This document shows, piece by piece, positions 38,999 through 48,253 of a stretch of DNA of 55,449 bases. The DNA comes from Patescibacteria group bacterium (GTDB taxonomy: Bacteria > Patescibacteriota > Minisyncoccia > Minisyncoccales > UBA5738): NCBI GenBank assembly GCA_034678605.1, contig JAXDBQ010000002.1, forward strand, positions 1 to 55,449, written 5' to 3'. How positions within the stretch are numbered: position 1 is the stretch's first letter; each line of letters starts with the position of its first letter. Below the pieces are notes generated by a model, which did not search any database, had not been told where the DNA came from, and worked only from the letters and a program-made list of their open reading frames with translations. The translations under genes were made by a program, and so were the position numbers.

Positions 38999-40675
38999 AT
39001 GACACAACAACAGGCGTTGGAAATTTTAAGATCCGGCAAAAACGCGTTCATCACCGGGCCGGCCGGCAGCGGCAAGACCTTTGTTTTGAACCGTTTTATC
39101 GATTGGCTCAAAACCGCGGGCGCCAGCCCGGCGATCACCGCCTCCACCGGCGTGGCGGCCACGCATTTGAACGGCATCACGATTCATTCGTGGACCGGCA
39201 TGGGCGTGCGCGATTCGTTGTCGAGCCGCGACATCAAGGATCTTGTCAAGCGGGGTTATTTGCGCCGCCGGTTTTTGCGCGCCAATGTTTTGATCATCGA
39301 CGAGGTTTCGATGCTGGGCGGGCGGCAGTTGGAGATGGCCGACCAGCTTTTCCGGGCGTTCAAGCAGATCGACGCGCCGTTTGGCGGGGTGCAAGTGGTG
39401 TTGTGCGGCGATTTTTTTCAGCTTCCTCCAATTGAAAAAAAAGTTTTTGATGGCGGCCGCCGAATGAAAAGTCCGCAAACCAGTTTGGATTTTGACGCCG
39501 ATATTGAAGGCCAAAATGGAAAATTCGCCTATTCTTCCCGCGCCTGGCGCGATCTTGATCTGAAGATTTGTTATTTGGACGAGCAATACCGCCAAAGCGA
39601 TCGGGAATTTTTGGCGGCGTTGAATTCGATCCGCGCCAATAATGCCGGCGAGGCGGTGGTTGGTTATTTGCAAGGCCGGGTGGATGCCAGAATCAATCTG
39701 CCGGTTGAGCCCACCAAATTGTATACCCATAATGTTGACGTGGACGCGGAAAACAATTTGGAGTTGGCAAAATTGGGCGGCAAAGAATACCGTTATAGAA
39801 TGGAAGCCATCGGCCCGGCGGCGCTCACCGATCGTTTGCAAAAAGGATGTTTGGCGCCGGCGATTTTGCGGTTAAAAGTCGGGGCGCGGGTGATGTTCGT
39901 GAAAAACAATTTTGATGAGGGCTATGTGAACGGCACTTTGGGCGTGGTGAAATATCTTGATGAAAGCCGCATCAAGGTGGCCACCGCCAATGGCACCATC
40001 GAAGCCGGATTGGCCGCTTGGCATATTGCCGAAGAGGGCGATGTTAAAGCCGAGATCAATCAATATCCGTTGCGATTGGCGTGGGCGATCACGGTGCACA
40101 AAAGCCAGGGAATGAGTTTGGACGCGGCTTGGGTTGATTTGCGCCAGTCGTTTGAGCCGGGCATGGGTTATGTGGCGCTTTCTCGGGTGCGGTCGTCGGC
40201 GGGATTGTCGCTGGCGGGTTTTAACCAAATGGCGTTGCGCGTCGATGAGGAGGTTTTGGAATTCGATCAAAAATTAAAAGTTGAATCGGCCAAGCACGCG
40301 GCCGAAGCGGCCGCAAAAAATTTGAAAGCGCGCCAGTTTTTGCCCGCAAAACCCGCCAAAAAGAAGCCCGACACGGTTTTGGCCACGCGCGAAATGTTGG
40401 AAAAAAATATCCCGTTGGCCGAAATCGCCAAAATTCGGAATTTGACATTGGGCACGATTTTGACTCATTGCGAAAAAATAAAAGCCAAATTCCCGGATTT
40501 TGATTTTTCCAATTTGGCCAAAGAAATTCCCGCGCCAAAAATGGAAAAAATAAAAAGCGCGTTAATTAATTTCAAAAATGAAAACGGCGCCTATCCGTTA
40601 TCGCCGGCCATGGAAATCCTTGATGGCGCCGCCACTTACGAAGACCTGCGCCTCGTCCGCCTTTTGCTTGATTAA
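38999..40675 (+). CDS. PIF1-like SF1B helicase with C-terminal HTH
   Basis: GPAGSGKT, IIDEVSML, GDFFQLPP, QYPLRLAWAITVHKSQGMSLD, YVALSRV. Confidence 0.92.
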   Translation: MTQQQALEILRSGKNAFITGPAGSGKTFVLNRFIDWLKTAGASPAITASTGVAATHLNGITIHSWTGMGVRDSLSSRDIKDLVKRGYLRRRFLRANVLIIDEVSMLGGRQLEMADQLFRAFKQIDAPFGGVQVVLCGDFFQLPPIEKKVFDGGRRMKSPQTSLDFDADIEGQNGKFAYSSRAWRDLDLKICYLDEQYRQSDREFLAALNSIRANNAGEAVVGYLQGRVDARINLPVEPTKLYTHNVDVDAENNLELAKLGGKEYRYRMEAIGPAALTDRLQKGCLAPAILRLKVGARVMFVKNNFDEGYVNGTLGVVKYLDESRIKVATANGTIEAGLAAWHIAEEGDVKAEINQYPLRLAWAITVHKSQGMSLDAAWVDLRQSFEPGMGYVALSRVRSSAGLSLAGFNQMALRVDEEVLEFDQKLKVESAKHAAEAAAKNLKARQFLPAKPAKKKPDTVLATREMLEKNIPLAEIAKIRNLTLGTILTHCEKIKAKFPDFDFSNLAKEIPAPKMEKIKSALINFKNENGAYPLSPAMEILDGAATYEDLRLVRLLLD

Positions 40676-40677
40676 TT

Positions 40678-41460
40678 ATGCCCAATTTTAACGATTTAAA
40701 TTTGAATGATTGGAAAAATTCCGGCATATGGACTGATAGTCTTTGGATTATTCCCGAAAGAGATAATAGCGGCAAACACAGCGGTTTTTATCATGGCAAT
40801 TTTGTGCCGCAAATTCCGCGGCAATTGATTTCAAGATATACTCGAAGCGGCGAGGTGGTGCTTGATCCTTTCGTGGGCAGCGGCACGACCGCGTTTGAGG
40901 CAGAGTCGTTGGGCAGAAATTTTATCGGGATAGATATCCAGCCGGAACTTATAAATCACGTGAAAGGAAAAATTGATAATAAAAGTAATTTTTCCGAATT
41001 GGTTGTTGGCGACAGCGCGGATGAAAAAATTTTTGCTAATGTGGCCGCTTTGTTGAAAGCGCGGCAAAAAGAAAGCGTTCAATTCGCGGTTTTGCACCCT
41101 CCTTACGCGGATATTATAAAATTCAGCGATCAGCCGGAGGATTTGTCCAATTGCCGATCCCTTAATGAATTTTTGAAAAAGTTCTCGCAAGTTTCCCAAA
41201 ATGTTATCGGGTTATTGGATAAAAACAGATATTTAGCCGTTGTGATCGGCGATAAATACGCGAAAGGACAATGGATACCACTTGGTTTTTATTGCATGAA
41301 TGAGCTCCAAAAATTAGGGCTCACGTTGAAAAGTATTATAATCAAGAACATGGAAGGCAATCGAGCCAAGCAAAACAAAGAGGCAATTTGGAAATACAGG
41401 GCATTGGCCAGCGATTATTACATTTTCAAGCACGAATATATTTTAATATTCAAAAATTAA
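40678..41460 (+). CDS. DNA amino-methyltransferase (N4-C or N6-A)
   Basis: HGNFVPQIP, VLDPFVGSGTT, HPPY, HEYILIF. Confidence 0.88.
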   Translation: MPNFNDLNLNDWKNSGIWTDSLWIIPERDNSGKHSGFYHGNFVPQIPRQLISRYTRSGEVVLDPFVGSGTTAFEAESLGRNFIGIDIQPELINHVKGKIDNKSNFSELVVGDSADEKIFANVAALLKARQKESVQFAVLHPPYADIIKFSDQPEDLSNCRSLNEFLKKFSQVSQNVIGLLDKNRYLAVVIGDKYAKGQWIPLGFYCMNELQKLGLTLKSIIIKNMEGNRAKQNKEAIWKYRALASDYYIFKHEYILIFKN

Positions 41461-41470
41461 TTTTGTTACA

Positions 41471-42157
41471 ATGACGAAAAAAGAATTATTTTTAGAACTT
41501 GCAAAACCCAATGGACAAGGCGTAAGCCGCTGGGTTTTAGTGTCGGAATTCATCGATAAATATAAAAAACTTCAGCTTGGAAACGGCGGAAGTTGGTGCC
41601 GGGCGAATTCCAGTTTGGCAAAAGAATATATTATTGAATTTGACAAAAAAATAACAAGCGGGAACGCCATTGATGGAATTAGATTATTTGGATTTAATAA
41701 TAAAAAAATTTTTAATCAAAATATAAGAAAAGATATTAAAGATTTTTATAAAACGCAAAATTGCGTGATGCTTGGAATTAATGGAAATTCCGAAAATACA
41801 AAGATAGAAATTGATCACAAGGACGGGAGAAAAAACAACCACGGACTTTCAAATTTAGCGGAACAAAGACTATCTGATTTTCAGCCGCTTTCAAAAGCTG
41901 CCAATGACGTAAAAAGACAAATTTGCAAACGGTGCAAAGAAACAAATAAACGTTGGAGCGCAAAAAATATTAAAGGCAATCCGTATGATTTTTATGACGG
42001 AGATGAAAATTATTCGTTTGAATTGGGTTGCAAGGGGTGTTATCAGTTTGATCCCGTGGAGTATCGAAAAACAAGCGTAAAAAAAATAAGTAAAATGGCG
42101 GCCGATAATGCGGTGGACCAAGTTTTCAAAAAACTATATCCCGAAGAAAACAAATAA
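41471..42157 (+). CDS. NlaIII/IceA1-like HNH restriction endonuclease
   Basis: LFLELAKPN..GVSRWV, LGNGGSWCR, IEIDHKDGRK, CKRC..CKGCYQFDP recalled as IceA1/R.NlaIII family. Confidence 0.8.
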   Translation: MTKKELFLELAKPNGQGVSRWVLVSEFIDKYKKLQLGNGGSWCRANSSLAKEYIIEFDKKITSGNAIDGIRLFGFNNKKIFNQNIRKDIKDFYKTQNCVMLGINGNSENTKIEIDHKDGRKNNHGLSNLAEQRLSDFQPLSKAANDVKRQICKRCKETNKRWSAKNIKGNPYDFYDGDENYSFELGCKGCYQFDPVEYRKTSVKKISKMAADNAVDQVFKKLYPEENK

Positions 42158-42162
42158 CAATT

Positions 42163-43230
42163 ATGAATTACATTGGGAGTAAATTATCGTTGTTGGATTT
42201 TTTGGGCGAGTCGATAGAAAAGGTGGCGGGCAAAAACTGCCGGGTTTTTTGCGATTTGTTCGCGGGCACGGGAGTTGTTGGCGCTTATTTCAAAAAGAAG
42301 GGTTATCAGGTGATTGCCAATGATATTCAGTATTATAGTTTCGTTTTAAACAAGCAATATATCGAAAACCATAAAGAATTAAAATTCAGGGGATTGGAAA
42401 AAATAATGCCCGATATTAAAAATATCAAGATCGGGGATAGAAAAAATTTTGTGTGCGAATATTTGTCCAATTTGAAGGGCGCGGCCGGTTTTATATATAA
42501 AAATTATTGTCTTGGCGGAACAAAAGGAAGGGAGCACGAAAGGCAATATTTTTCCGATGAAAACGGGAAAAAATGCGATGCGATCAGGTTGAAAATCGAA
42601 GAATGGAAAAACAATAGATCGATCAATGATAGCGAGTATTATTTTTTGCTGGCATCGCTTATCGAAACAATCGACAAATGCGCCAATACCGCGTCGGTTT
42701 ACGGGGCATATCTGAAAAAGTTGAAAAGATCGGCGCAAAAAAGATTTGCTTTAAAGCCCGCTGAATTAATAATCAACGATAAAGACCATAAAGTTTTCAA
42801 TGAAGACATTAATAAAGTTATAAAAAAAGCCGGGGGAGACATCTTGTATCTTGATCCGCCTTACAATCAAAGGCAATATGCCACAAACTATCATTTGTTG
42901 GAAACAATTGCTCGATATGATTATCCGAAAATTCATGGCAAAACCGGATTAAGGGATTATGATGAACAGAAATCGGCTTATTGTTCCCGCGGCAAAGTGA
43001 AAACGGCTTTTGAAAATTTGATAACTGGCGCCAAAGCCAAATATATTTTTCTGAGTTATAACAACGAGGGGCTGATGACCGCCGATGATATTAAAACAAT
43101 AATGAGTTTGCGCGGCAGGTATGGATGTTTTAAAAAAACATACGGCAGGTTCAAGGCCGATAAAAGCGAGCGCCGAAATTATGGCGCGGATAAAACAACG
43201 GAATATTTGCATTATGTCGTTTGTTCTTAA
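42163..43230 (+). CDS. D12-class N6-adenine DNA methyltransferase (M.NlaIII-like)
   Basis: MNYIGSK, DLFAGTG, ANTASVYGAYLK, LYLDPPYN.RQY..NYHLLE. Confidence 0.9.
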   Translation: MNYIGSKLSLLDFLGESIEKVAGKNCRVFCDLFAGTGVVGAYFKKKGYQVIANDIQYYSFVLNKQYIENHKELKFRGLEKIMPDIKNIKIGDRKNFVCEYLSNLKGAAGFIYKNYCLGGTKGREHERQYFSDENGKKCDAIRLKIEEWKNNRSINDSEYYFLLASLIETIDKCANTASVYGAYLKKLKRSAQKRFALKPAELIINDKDHKVFNEDINKVIKKAGGDILYLDPPYNQRQYATNYHLLETIARYDYPKIHGKTGLRDYDEQKSAYCSRGKVKTAFENLITGAKAKYIFLSYNNEGLMTADDIKTIMSLRGRYGCFKKTYGRFKADKSERRNYGADKTTEYLHYVVCS

Positions 43231-43242
43231 CCGCAAAAATTT

Positions 43243-43677
43243 ATGGAGATTACCAGCCCATTGTTTGCCAATAACGACGGGTATCCCGAAGTTTGCACTT
43301 GCGACGGCAAGGACATCAACCCGCCGCTGGATTTTGCGCGGGTGCCGACGGGCGCCAAATCGCTGGCGCTGGTTTTGCGCGATCCGGACGCGCCCGGCGG
43401 CACATTCATCCATTGGATCATGTGGAACATCGATCCCAAAACAGAGCGCGTCAAATTGGGGCAAACGCCGGAGGGCGCGGTTTTTGGCAAAACCACCGAC
43501 GGCAAAACCAAATACGTCGGACCCTGCCCGCCGCACGGCACGCACCGCTACATCTTCACGCTCTACGCGCTGGACACAATGATTTATCTCAACGAAGGTG
43601 CGATCATCGAGCAGTTCAACGCCGCAATAGCCGGCCATATCCTGGCCCAAGCCCAACTATTGGGCAAATTCCGCTGA
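43243..43677 (+). CDS. YbhB/YbcL (PEBP/RKIP-like) protein
   Basis: DPDAPGGTFIHW, GPCPP.GTHRY.F.LYALD. Confidence 0.93.
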   Translation: MEITSPLFANNDGYPEVCTCDGKDINPPLDFARVPTGAKSLALVLRDPDAPGGTFIHWIMWNIDPKTERVKLGQTPEGAVFGKTTDGKTKYVGPCPPHGTHRYIFTLYALDTMIYLNEGAIIEQFNAAIAGHILAQAQLLGKFR

Positions 43678-43759
43678 TTTGTTTTGGCAATAATCGGAAT
43701 GATGGTAGAATATCAATGGGCAACGCGAAGCGTTGTTTTAAATTTTGTAAATAGCGATT

Positions 43760-45211
43760 ATGGCAAAATACAATTTGTACCGGATCAAACCGGAAAAAAG
43801 ATTTGAATTAATCGAAAAATTGCGCGCTGACGGCTTGGAGCTGGCCAAGAAAGTTGAAAAAGACGGCGCGACTCTGGAATTTTTGTATTCGCGCGAGCCG
43901 CCGGCCGGCGATATCTGGTGGACCAAAACCTACCGGGATTTTTTTGAAAGTGTTGAGCCGCCCAAAAATATCGTCCACAGCGCGGCATTCTTCGTTTATA
44001 ACGATGATTTTTGCTATGCCGCCGCCCTTGGCAAAACCTTTTCGCGGATCAAGGATTATTCCGATCCGGATTTTGGCGTCAATATGGCCTGCCGTATCGC
44101 GGCCGACCGGGTGAAGATCAAAAACTCGAAATTTTTTAAATCGCGGCGCAACCGCGTGGCCGCGTCATATCAATCGGGTCATCGCTTGGAGTTTGACAGC
44201 GGTGAATCGTTGGAAATGATCCGCGCGGCAACGATCGATCCGGCGGTATGGGGGCAAGCGGCGAATTTTGGCGCCGCGGTGCAATTTTTTGTGGATATCG
44301 CGCCCGACCAGATGCCGATATTCGTCAAAAAGATCGAAGCGGTTTTGAAAGAGCCGCCGCGGCTTAATTTGCCCAAAGTGATCGCGACGCGAAACGCTCT
44401 GGAAATAAAAGAGTTTGATGGAATTTTGGCCCAAACGTTATTGGGTCCGGAAAACGAAAATTTGCATTTTATCGCCGATGATAATTGCCGGTATTCTTTT
44501 TATTTGCAGGGCGAGTTTGGCAATCTTTCGGACAAAGGCGGATTTAATTCCAAGTCGTTGAAAAAATTCTTTGATCTGCAAAACATCAATTTGGTCGAGC
44601 AGATCAATGATTTGAAAGTGCGGATCTTTGATCCGCGCGGCGATGAGCGGTCGCGTAATTTGAAAACGATGATCGATTTTAAGATCGATGGCGATAGAGC
44701 AGGGTTGATTGACGGCAAATGGTGCCGCTACAATCAAGCGTTTATTGATCGCTTGCGCCATGAGGCGGATTTGATCCCGATCGACACAGACAAAGAAAAA
44801 GATGTTGCCGATAACATTGATGATTTTATCGCCGCGCGGGCGAAAAATGGATTTGCCGATTGCCGCAAAGCCATCGCGGCCATTGATCAAAAATTCAAAA
44901 TTGATAAATTGGATCTATTCAAAGACGGCGCGCTTTATTTCTTGAAATTCGGCAATATTGAGGCCATAAATTACGCGGCCGACCAGGCGATCAATGCCAT
45001 TCGATTTTTACAAAGCAGTCATGGCCGGCTTGTTGTCGACGGCCAAAATTACGATGTCGACAAAATTTGTTTGTGGCTGGTCGCGGATGGCGGCAAAGAA
45101 ATCAAAAAAGTTTCCCAGATTGACTCGCTCAACTTTTTGATGAAGCTGGCCGATTGGAAACGCGCGGTTTTGGCCGCGGGCTTCCGCCCCCGCATCCGCG
45201 TCCGCCAGTGA
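43760..45211 (+). CDS. TIGR04141/DUF6119-like protein
   Basis: YNLY, ALGK..IKDY.D.DFG.N.A.R, DGKW..YNQ patterns recalled for this family; unverified. Confidence 0.55.
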   Translation: MAKYNLYRIKPEKRFELIEKLRADGLELAKKVEKDGATLEFLYSREPPAGDIWWTKTYRDFFESVEPPKNIVHSAAFFVYNDDFCYAAALGKTFSRIKDYSDPDFGVNMACRIAADRVKIKNSKFFKSRRNRVAASYQSGHRLEFDSGESLEMIRAATIDPAVWGQAANFGAAVQFFVDIAPDQMPIFVKKIEAVLKEPPRLNLPKVIATRNALEIKEFDGILAQTLLGPENENLHFIADDNCRYSFYLQGEFGNLSDKGGFNSKSLKKFFDLQNINLVEQINDLKVRIFDPRGDERSRNLKTMIDFKIDGDRAGLIDGKWCRYNQAFIDRLRHEADLIPIDTDKEKDVADNIDDFIAARAKNGFADCRKAIAAIDQKFKIDKLDLFKDGALYFLKFGNIEAINYAADQAINAIRFLQSSHGRLVVDGQNYDVDKICLWLVADGGKEIKKVSQIDSLNFLMKLADWKRAVLAAGFRPRIRVRQ

Positions 45212-45273
45212 GTATTTATTTGTTTGCTTCAATGTGTTAAAAATTATTTATCGTTTGTCAATTGCTAAAATTC

Positions 45274-45412
45274 TAAGCGCTAAATCCTAAATCCCAAATA
45301 AATCCAAATTTCAAATATCAAAATTTGAAACAAGAATTTCGTTTTTATTTTGATTTTTTAATTTTAATCTTTGGATTTGTTTAGGATTTAGAGTTTAGAG
45401 TTTAGGATTTAG
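45274..45412. repeat. Long imperfect 7-mer hairpin, copy 2
   Basis: AAGCGCTAAATCCTAAATCCCAAA... is near reverse complement of 19715-19768. Confidence 0.7.
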
Positions 45413-45419
45413 AATAAAC

Positions 45420-45749
45420 ATGGAATTCAACGAATACCAAAAAATGGCGCGGAGCACCGCGATCTACGCGGGCGCGGGCAAAAACTATGTCTATCCGGTT
45501 TTGGGGCTTTGCGGCGAGGCCGGCGAGGTGGCCGAAAAAATAAAAAAGATCATCCGCGACGGCGACGGCACGATCAACGATGACCAGCGCCGCGAGCTGG
45601 AAAAGGAGCTGGGCGACGTGTTGTGGTATATCGCTAATTTGGGGGTGGAATTGGGGTTGGAAATGGATTTTATCGCGTCAAAGAATATCGCCAAATTGAA
45701 GTCGCGCCAGGACCGGGGAGTTTTGCATGGATCAGGAGACAACCGATAA
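45420..45749 (+). CDS. MazG-like nucleoside triphosphate pyrophosphohydrolase
   Basis: LGLCGEAGEVAEKIKK, KELGDVLWY, GSGDNR. Confidence 0.92.
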   Translation: MEFNEYQKMARSTAIYAGAGKNYVYPVLGLCGEAGEVAEKIKKIIRDGDGTINDDQRRELEKELGDVLWYIANLGVELGLEMDFIASKNIAKLKSRQDRGVLHGSGDNR

Positions 45750-45762
45750 CAGATTTAAGATA

Positions 45763-46335
45763 ATGTCACACTTAAGAGGAGAAAATAAGAAAATTATTTT
45801 GCGGGGGACGGAAGTGGCTTATTGTTTGAAAACCAGCGGTCGGGCGAAAAATTTGCGGATAACCATAAAGCCCGGCGGACGGGTGAACGCGGTGAGACCG
45901 CGTTTTTTGGATGAGCGGGCGGTGGAAAAATTTTTGACGCAAAAAGCGGATTGGATTTTGGATAAAATTTTTAAATTGAAAAACAAAAAAAATCTGCTGG
46001 CGATCGGCGATCGGCGGGATTTTTTGAAAAATCGGCAAATCGCGCGCGATTTGGTTTTTAATAAACTTTCCAAGTTCAACGATTTTTATAAATTCGATTA
46101 CAATCGCGTGGCCATTCGCGACCAGCAAACCCGCTGGGGCAGCTGTTCGGCCAAAAAGAATTTAAACTTTAATTATCGCATCGCGCTTTTGCCCGATCGC
46201 TTGGCCGATTATGTGGTGGCCCACGAACTGTGCCACCTGCGCGAACTCAACCACTCGCCCCGCTTTTGGAATTTGCTCTCCCTATCCTTGCCCGACTACA
46301 AATTTCTCCGCCATGAGTTGAGAGTCAGTTATTAA
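45763..46335 (+). CDS. YgjP/DUF45 family zinc-dependent hydrolase
   Basis: QQTRWGSCS, DYVVAHELCHL.ELNHSPRFW. Confidence 0.9.
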   Translation: MSHLRGENKKIILRGTEVAYCLKTSGRAKNLRITIKPGGRVNAVRPRFLDERAVEKFLTQKADWILDKIFKLKNKKNLLAIGDRRDFLKNRQIARDLVFNKLSKFNDFYKFDYNRVAIRDQQTRWGSCSAKKNLNFNYRIALLPDRLADYVVAHELCHLRELNHSPRFWNLLSLSLPDYKFLRHELRVSY

Positions 46336-46446
46336 AAAGTTTAAAATTGCACACGCCTGACCTGTGTTTTTTAAATTTGCGGGAGAAAAGAAGGGTGTGT
46401 TATGATAAAAATATTATTGCGGATGATCGTTTAATAATCAATTTCG

Positions 46447-47049
46447 ATGGAGCTTTCGATTATTATCGGCGATATTTTTAATTCTTGGGGGAGTTGGGCG
46501 GCCGCGCATGGCGGCCGGGTGGTTTTGATTTTGGCCGCGGCGGTCTTGGCCAATGTTTTGGTGCGGTTTTTTTTGTCGCGCAAGCGGCTGATGCCGGTCA
46601 TTGACAATATTCCCCGGCCAAACTATAAGAATATAATCGGCAAATACGAGCGGCGGCGGGTGGAAACGGTGGTCAAAGCGCTCAACAACACTTTGGCGGC
46701 GGCGGTTTGGGTGGTCGCGTTGATCACTCTCTTGCCGGAATTTGGCGTGAATATGATGCCGGTGTTGGCCGGATTGGGGCTTGCGGGCGCGGCCGCGGCA
46801 TTGGCGGCCAAGGATATGCTCACGGATTTTGTGGCCGGATTTTTTATCATTGTCGAAGGCGAATACAACATCGGCGACAAGGTGAAGATCGGCGGGGTGA
46901 CCGGCAAGGTAATCGATATCTCGTTGCGGCGCACGATTTTGGAGGGCAAGGCCGGCGCGGTGATCATCATTCCCAATCGGGAAATAAAATTGATCAAACG
47001 ATTCGCGGGGAGGAAAAGGGAGGGGCAAACGGTCGAACCAGCCAAGTGA
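46447..47049 (+). CDS. MscS family mechanosensitive channel (short)
   Basis: LAAKDMLTDFVAGFFII.E..YNIGDKV, G.V.DISLRRT, IIPN. Confidence 0.88.
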   Translation: MELSIIIGDIFNSWGSWAAAHGGRVVLILAAAVLANVLVRFFLSRKRLMPVIDNIPRPNYKNIIGKYERRRVETVVKALNNTLAAAVWVVALITLLPEFGVNMMPVLAGLGLAGAAAALAAKDMLTDFVAGFFIIVEGEYNIGDKVKIGGVTGKVIDISLRRTILEGKAGAVIIIPNREIKLIKRFAGRKREGQTVEPAK

Positions 47050-47080
47050 TTTTGTGGAATCGCGAAATTATTTCAGTTTC

Positions 47081-47223
47081 GGCAAATGTCTTTGCGAAGA
47101 CGCAAATTTTCTGCTGAAAATTTGCTCGGCGCACCCGCCGCCTGCTGGCGCTGGGCACTGCGCTCCCATTAGGTCGCTTGCGGCCGCCGGCCGCGGCCGC
47201 AATGCTTCGCAAAAACATTCGCC
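47081..47223. repeat. Multi-branch structured repeat, copy 3, with internal insertion of about 49 nt
   Basis: Same termini and hairpins as 38796-38889 plus extra GC-rich segment in hairpin 2. Confidence 0.75.
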
Positions 47224-47264
47224 TCGACTATTTTTGCGATTGAGGTTATTAAGATTATAAAAAT

Positions 47265-47528
47265 ATGCAATTATACCCGCAAGATGTGAGCCGTTTTTTG
47301 CCGGTTTGCCAGCCCGCGCCGGAAATGACCGCGCTCTTGATCGTTATTTTTATTTGGTCGATTGCCTGGAAGGGCGCGGCGCTTTGGAAGGCGGCGCGCA
47401 ACAACCAGATGTATTGGTTTGTGGCGTTGTTGGCGGTGAACACCATCGGTATTTTGGAAATTCTTTACATTTACGTTTTCGCCAAAAAGAAACCCGAATC
47501 CGGATCGTCATCGGGCATCGCGCGTTAA
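47265..47528 (+). CDS. DUF5652-like small membrane protein
   Basis: WKGAALWKAARNNQ..WF..LL.VNTIGILEILYI. Confidence 0.8.
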   Translation: MQLYPQDVSRFLPVCQPAPEMTALLIVIFIWSIAWKGAALWKAARNNQMYWFVALLAVNTIGILEILYIYVFAKKKPESGSSSGIAR

Positions 47529-47663
47529 ATTTTTTTGAGTTAAAACAAAAATCCCTTTTTGACGAAGGGATTTTTTGTATCTGAATTTCAAGGGTCTATC
47601 CTTTGCTTAATCGCAAGGGTTAGACCCTTTTAAAACTTTTTTTAAAAAATAAATGCTATTGGC

Positions 47664-47702
47664 GGGGTCTAACCGCCCGCGATTACGCGGGGGTAAGACC
47701 CC
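47664..47702. repeat. 39-bp REP-like element, copy 3
   Basis: 2 mismatches to 36604-36642; related element at about 47590-47629. Confidence 0.8.
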
Positions 47703-47738
47703 AAAATGCGAAATACGTCACGCCGCAAAAAGTTAATT

Positions 47739-48239
47739 TTATAACCGGTTGAGGATCTTCAATTCGAGTTTTTTGGTTTGGGCATCCAAGATCGCGAAAG
47801 TGGCTTGGTAAAACATTCCGGCCAAGGTGCCGGGGTTGGCCAATTGGCAATTGTTGAGGGTTTCAATCCAGGGTTTGTGGGTATGGCCGTAGAACACAAA
47901 ATCAAAATCGCCGGTTTGGCAATGGCGCCGGGCGGTTTCGGGGAAATGGCAAAAACCGACTTTCAGCCCGTCCAATTCGGCTTGGCCGAAGGTTTTGAAA
48001 AGTTGGATTTGTTTTGGGTATTTTTTGGCAATGGCCTCCACGCTTTCGCGGTAGTCCATATTGCCCAAAACCGCCAATATTTGGCCATCGTAATTTTTTG
48101 CCAGATGTTCCAAGGTGGCGCCTTCGGCGATATCGCCGCAATGGATCACGGCCGCCACCGGATTTTGTTTGATGTAAGCCAAGAATTTATCAAGCGTGGC
48201 CAAATTGTCGTGAGTGTCTGAAATTATCGCGATCTTCAT
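47739..48239 (-). CDS. Metallophosphoesterase (YfcE/MJ0936 family)
   Basis: SDTHDN, HCGD, GNMD, YGHTH, NPG motifs. Confidence 0.92.
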   Translation of the reverse strand: MKIAIISDTHDNLATLDKFLAYIKQNPVAAVIHCGDIAEGATLEHLAKNYDGQILAVLGNMDYRESVEAIAKKYPKQIQLFKTFGQAELDGLKVGFCHFPETARRHCQTGDFDFVFYGHTHKPWIETLNNCQLANPGTLAGMFYQATFAILDAQTKKLELKILNRL

Positions 48240-48253
48240 TGAAATTTTTTGCG

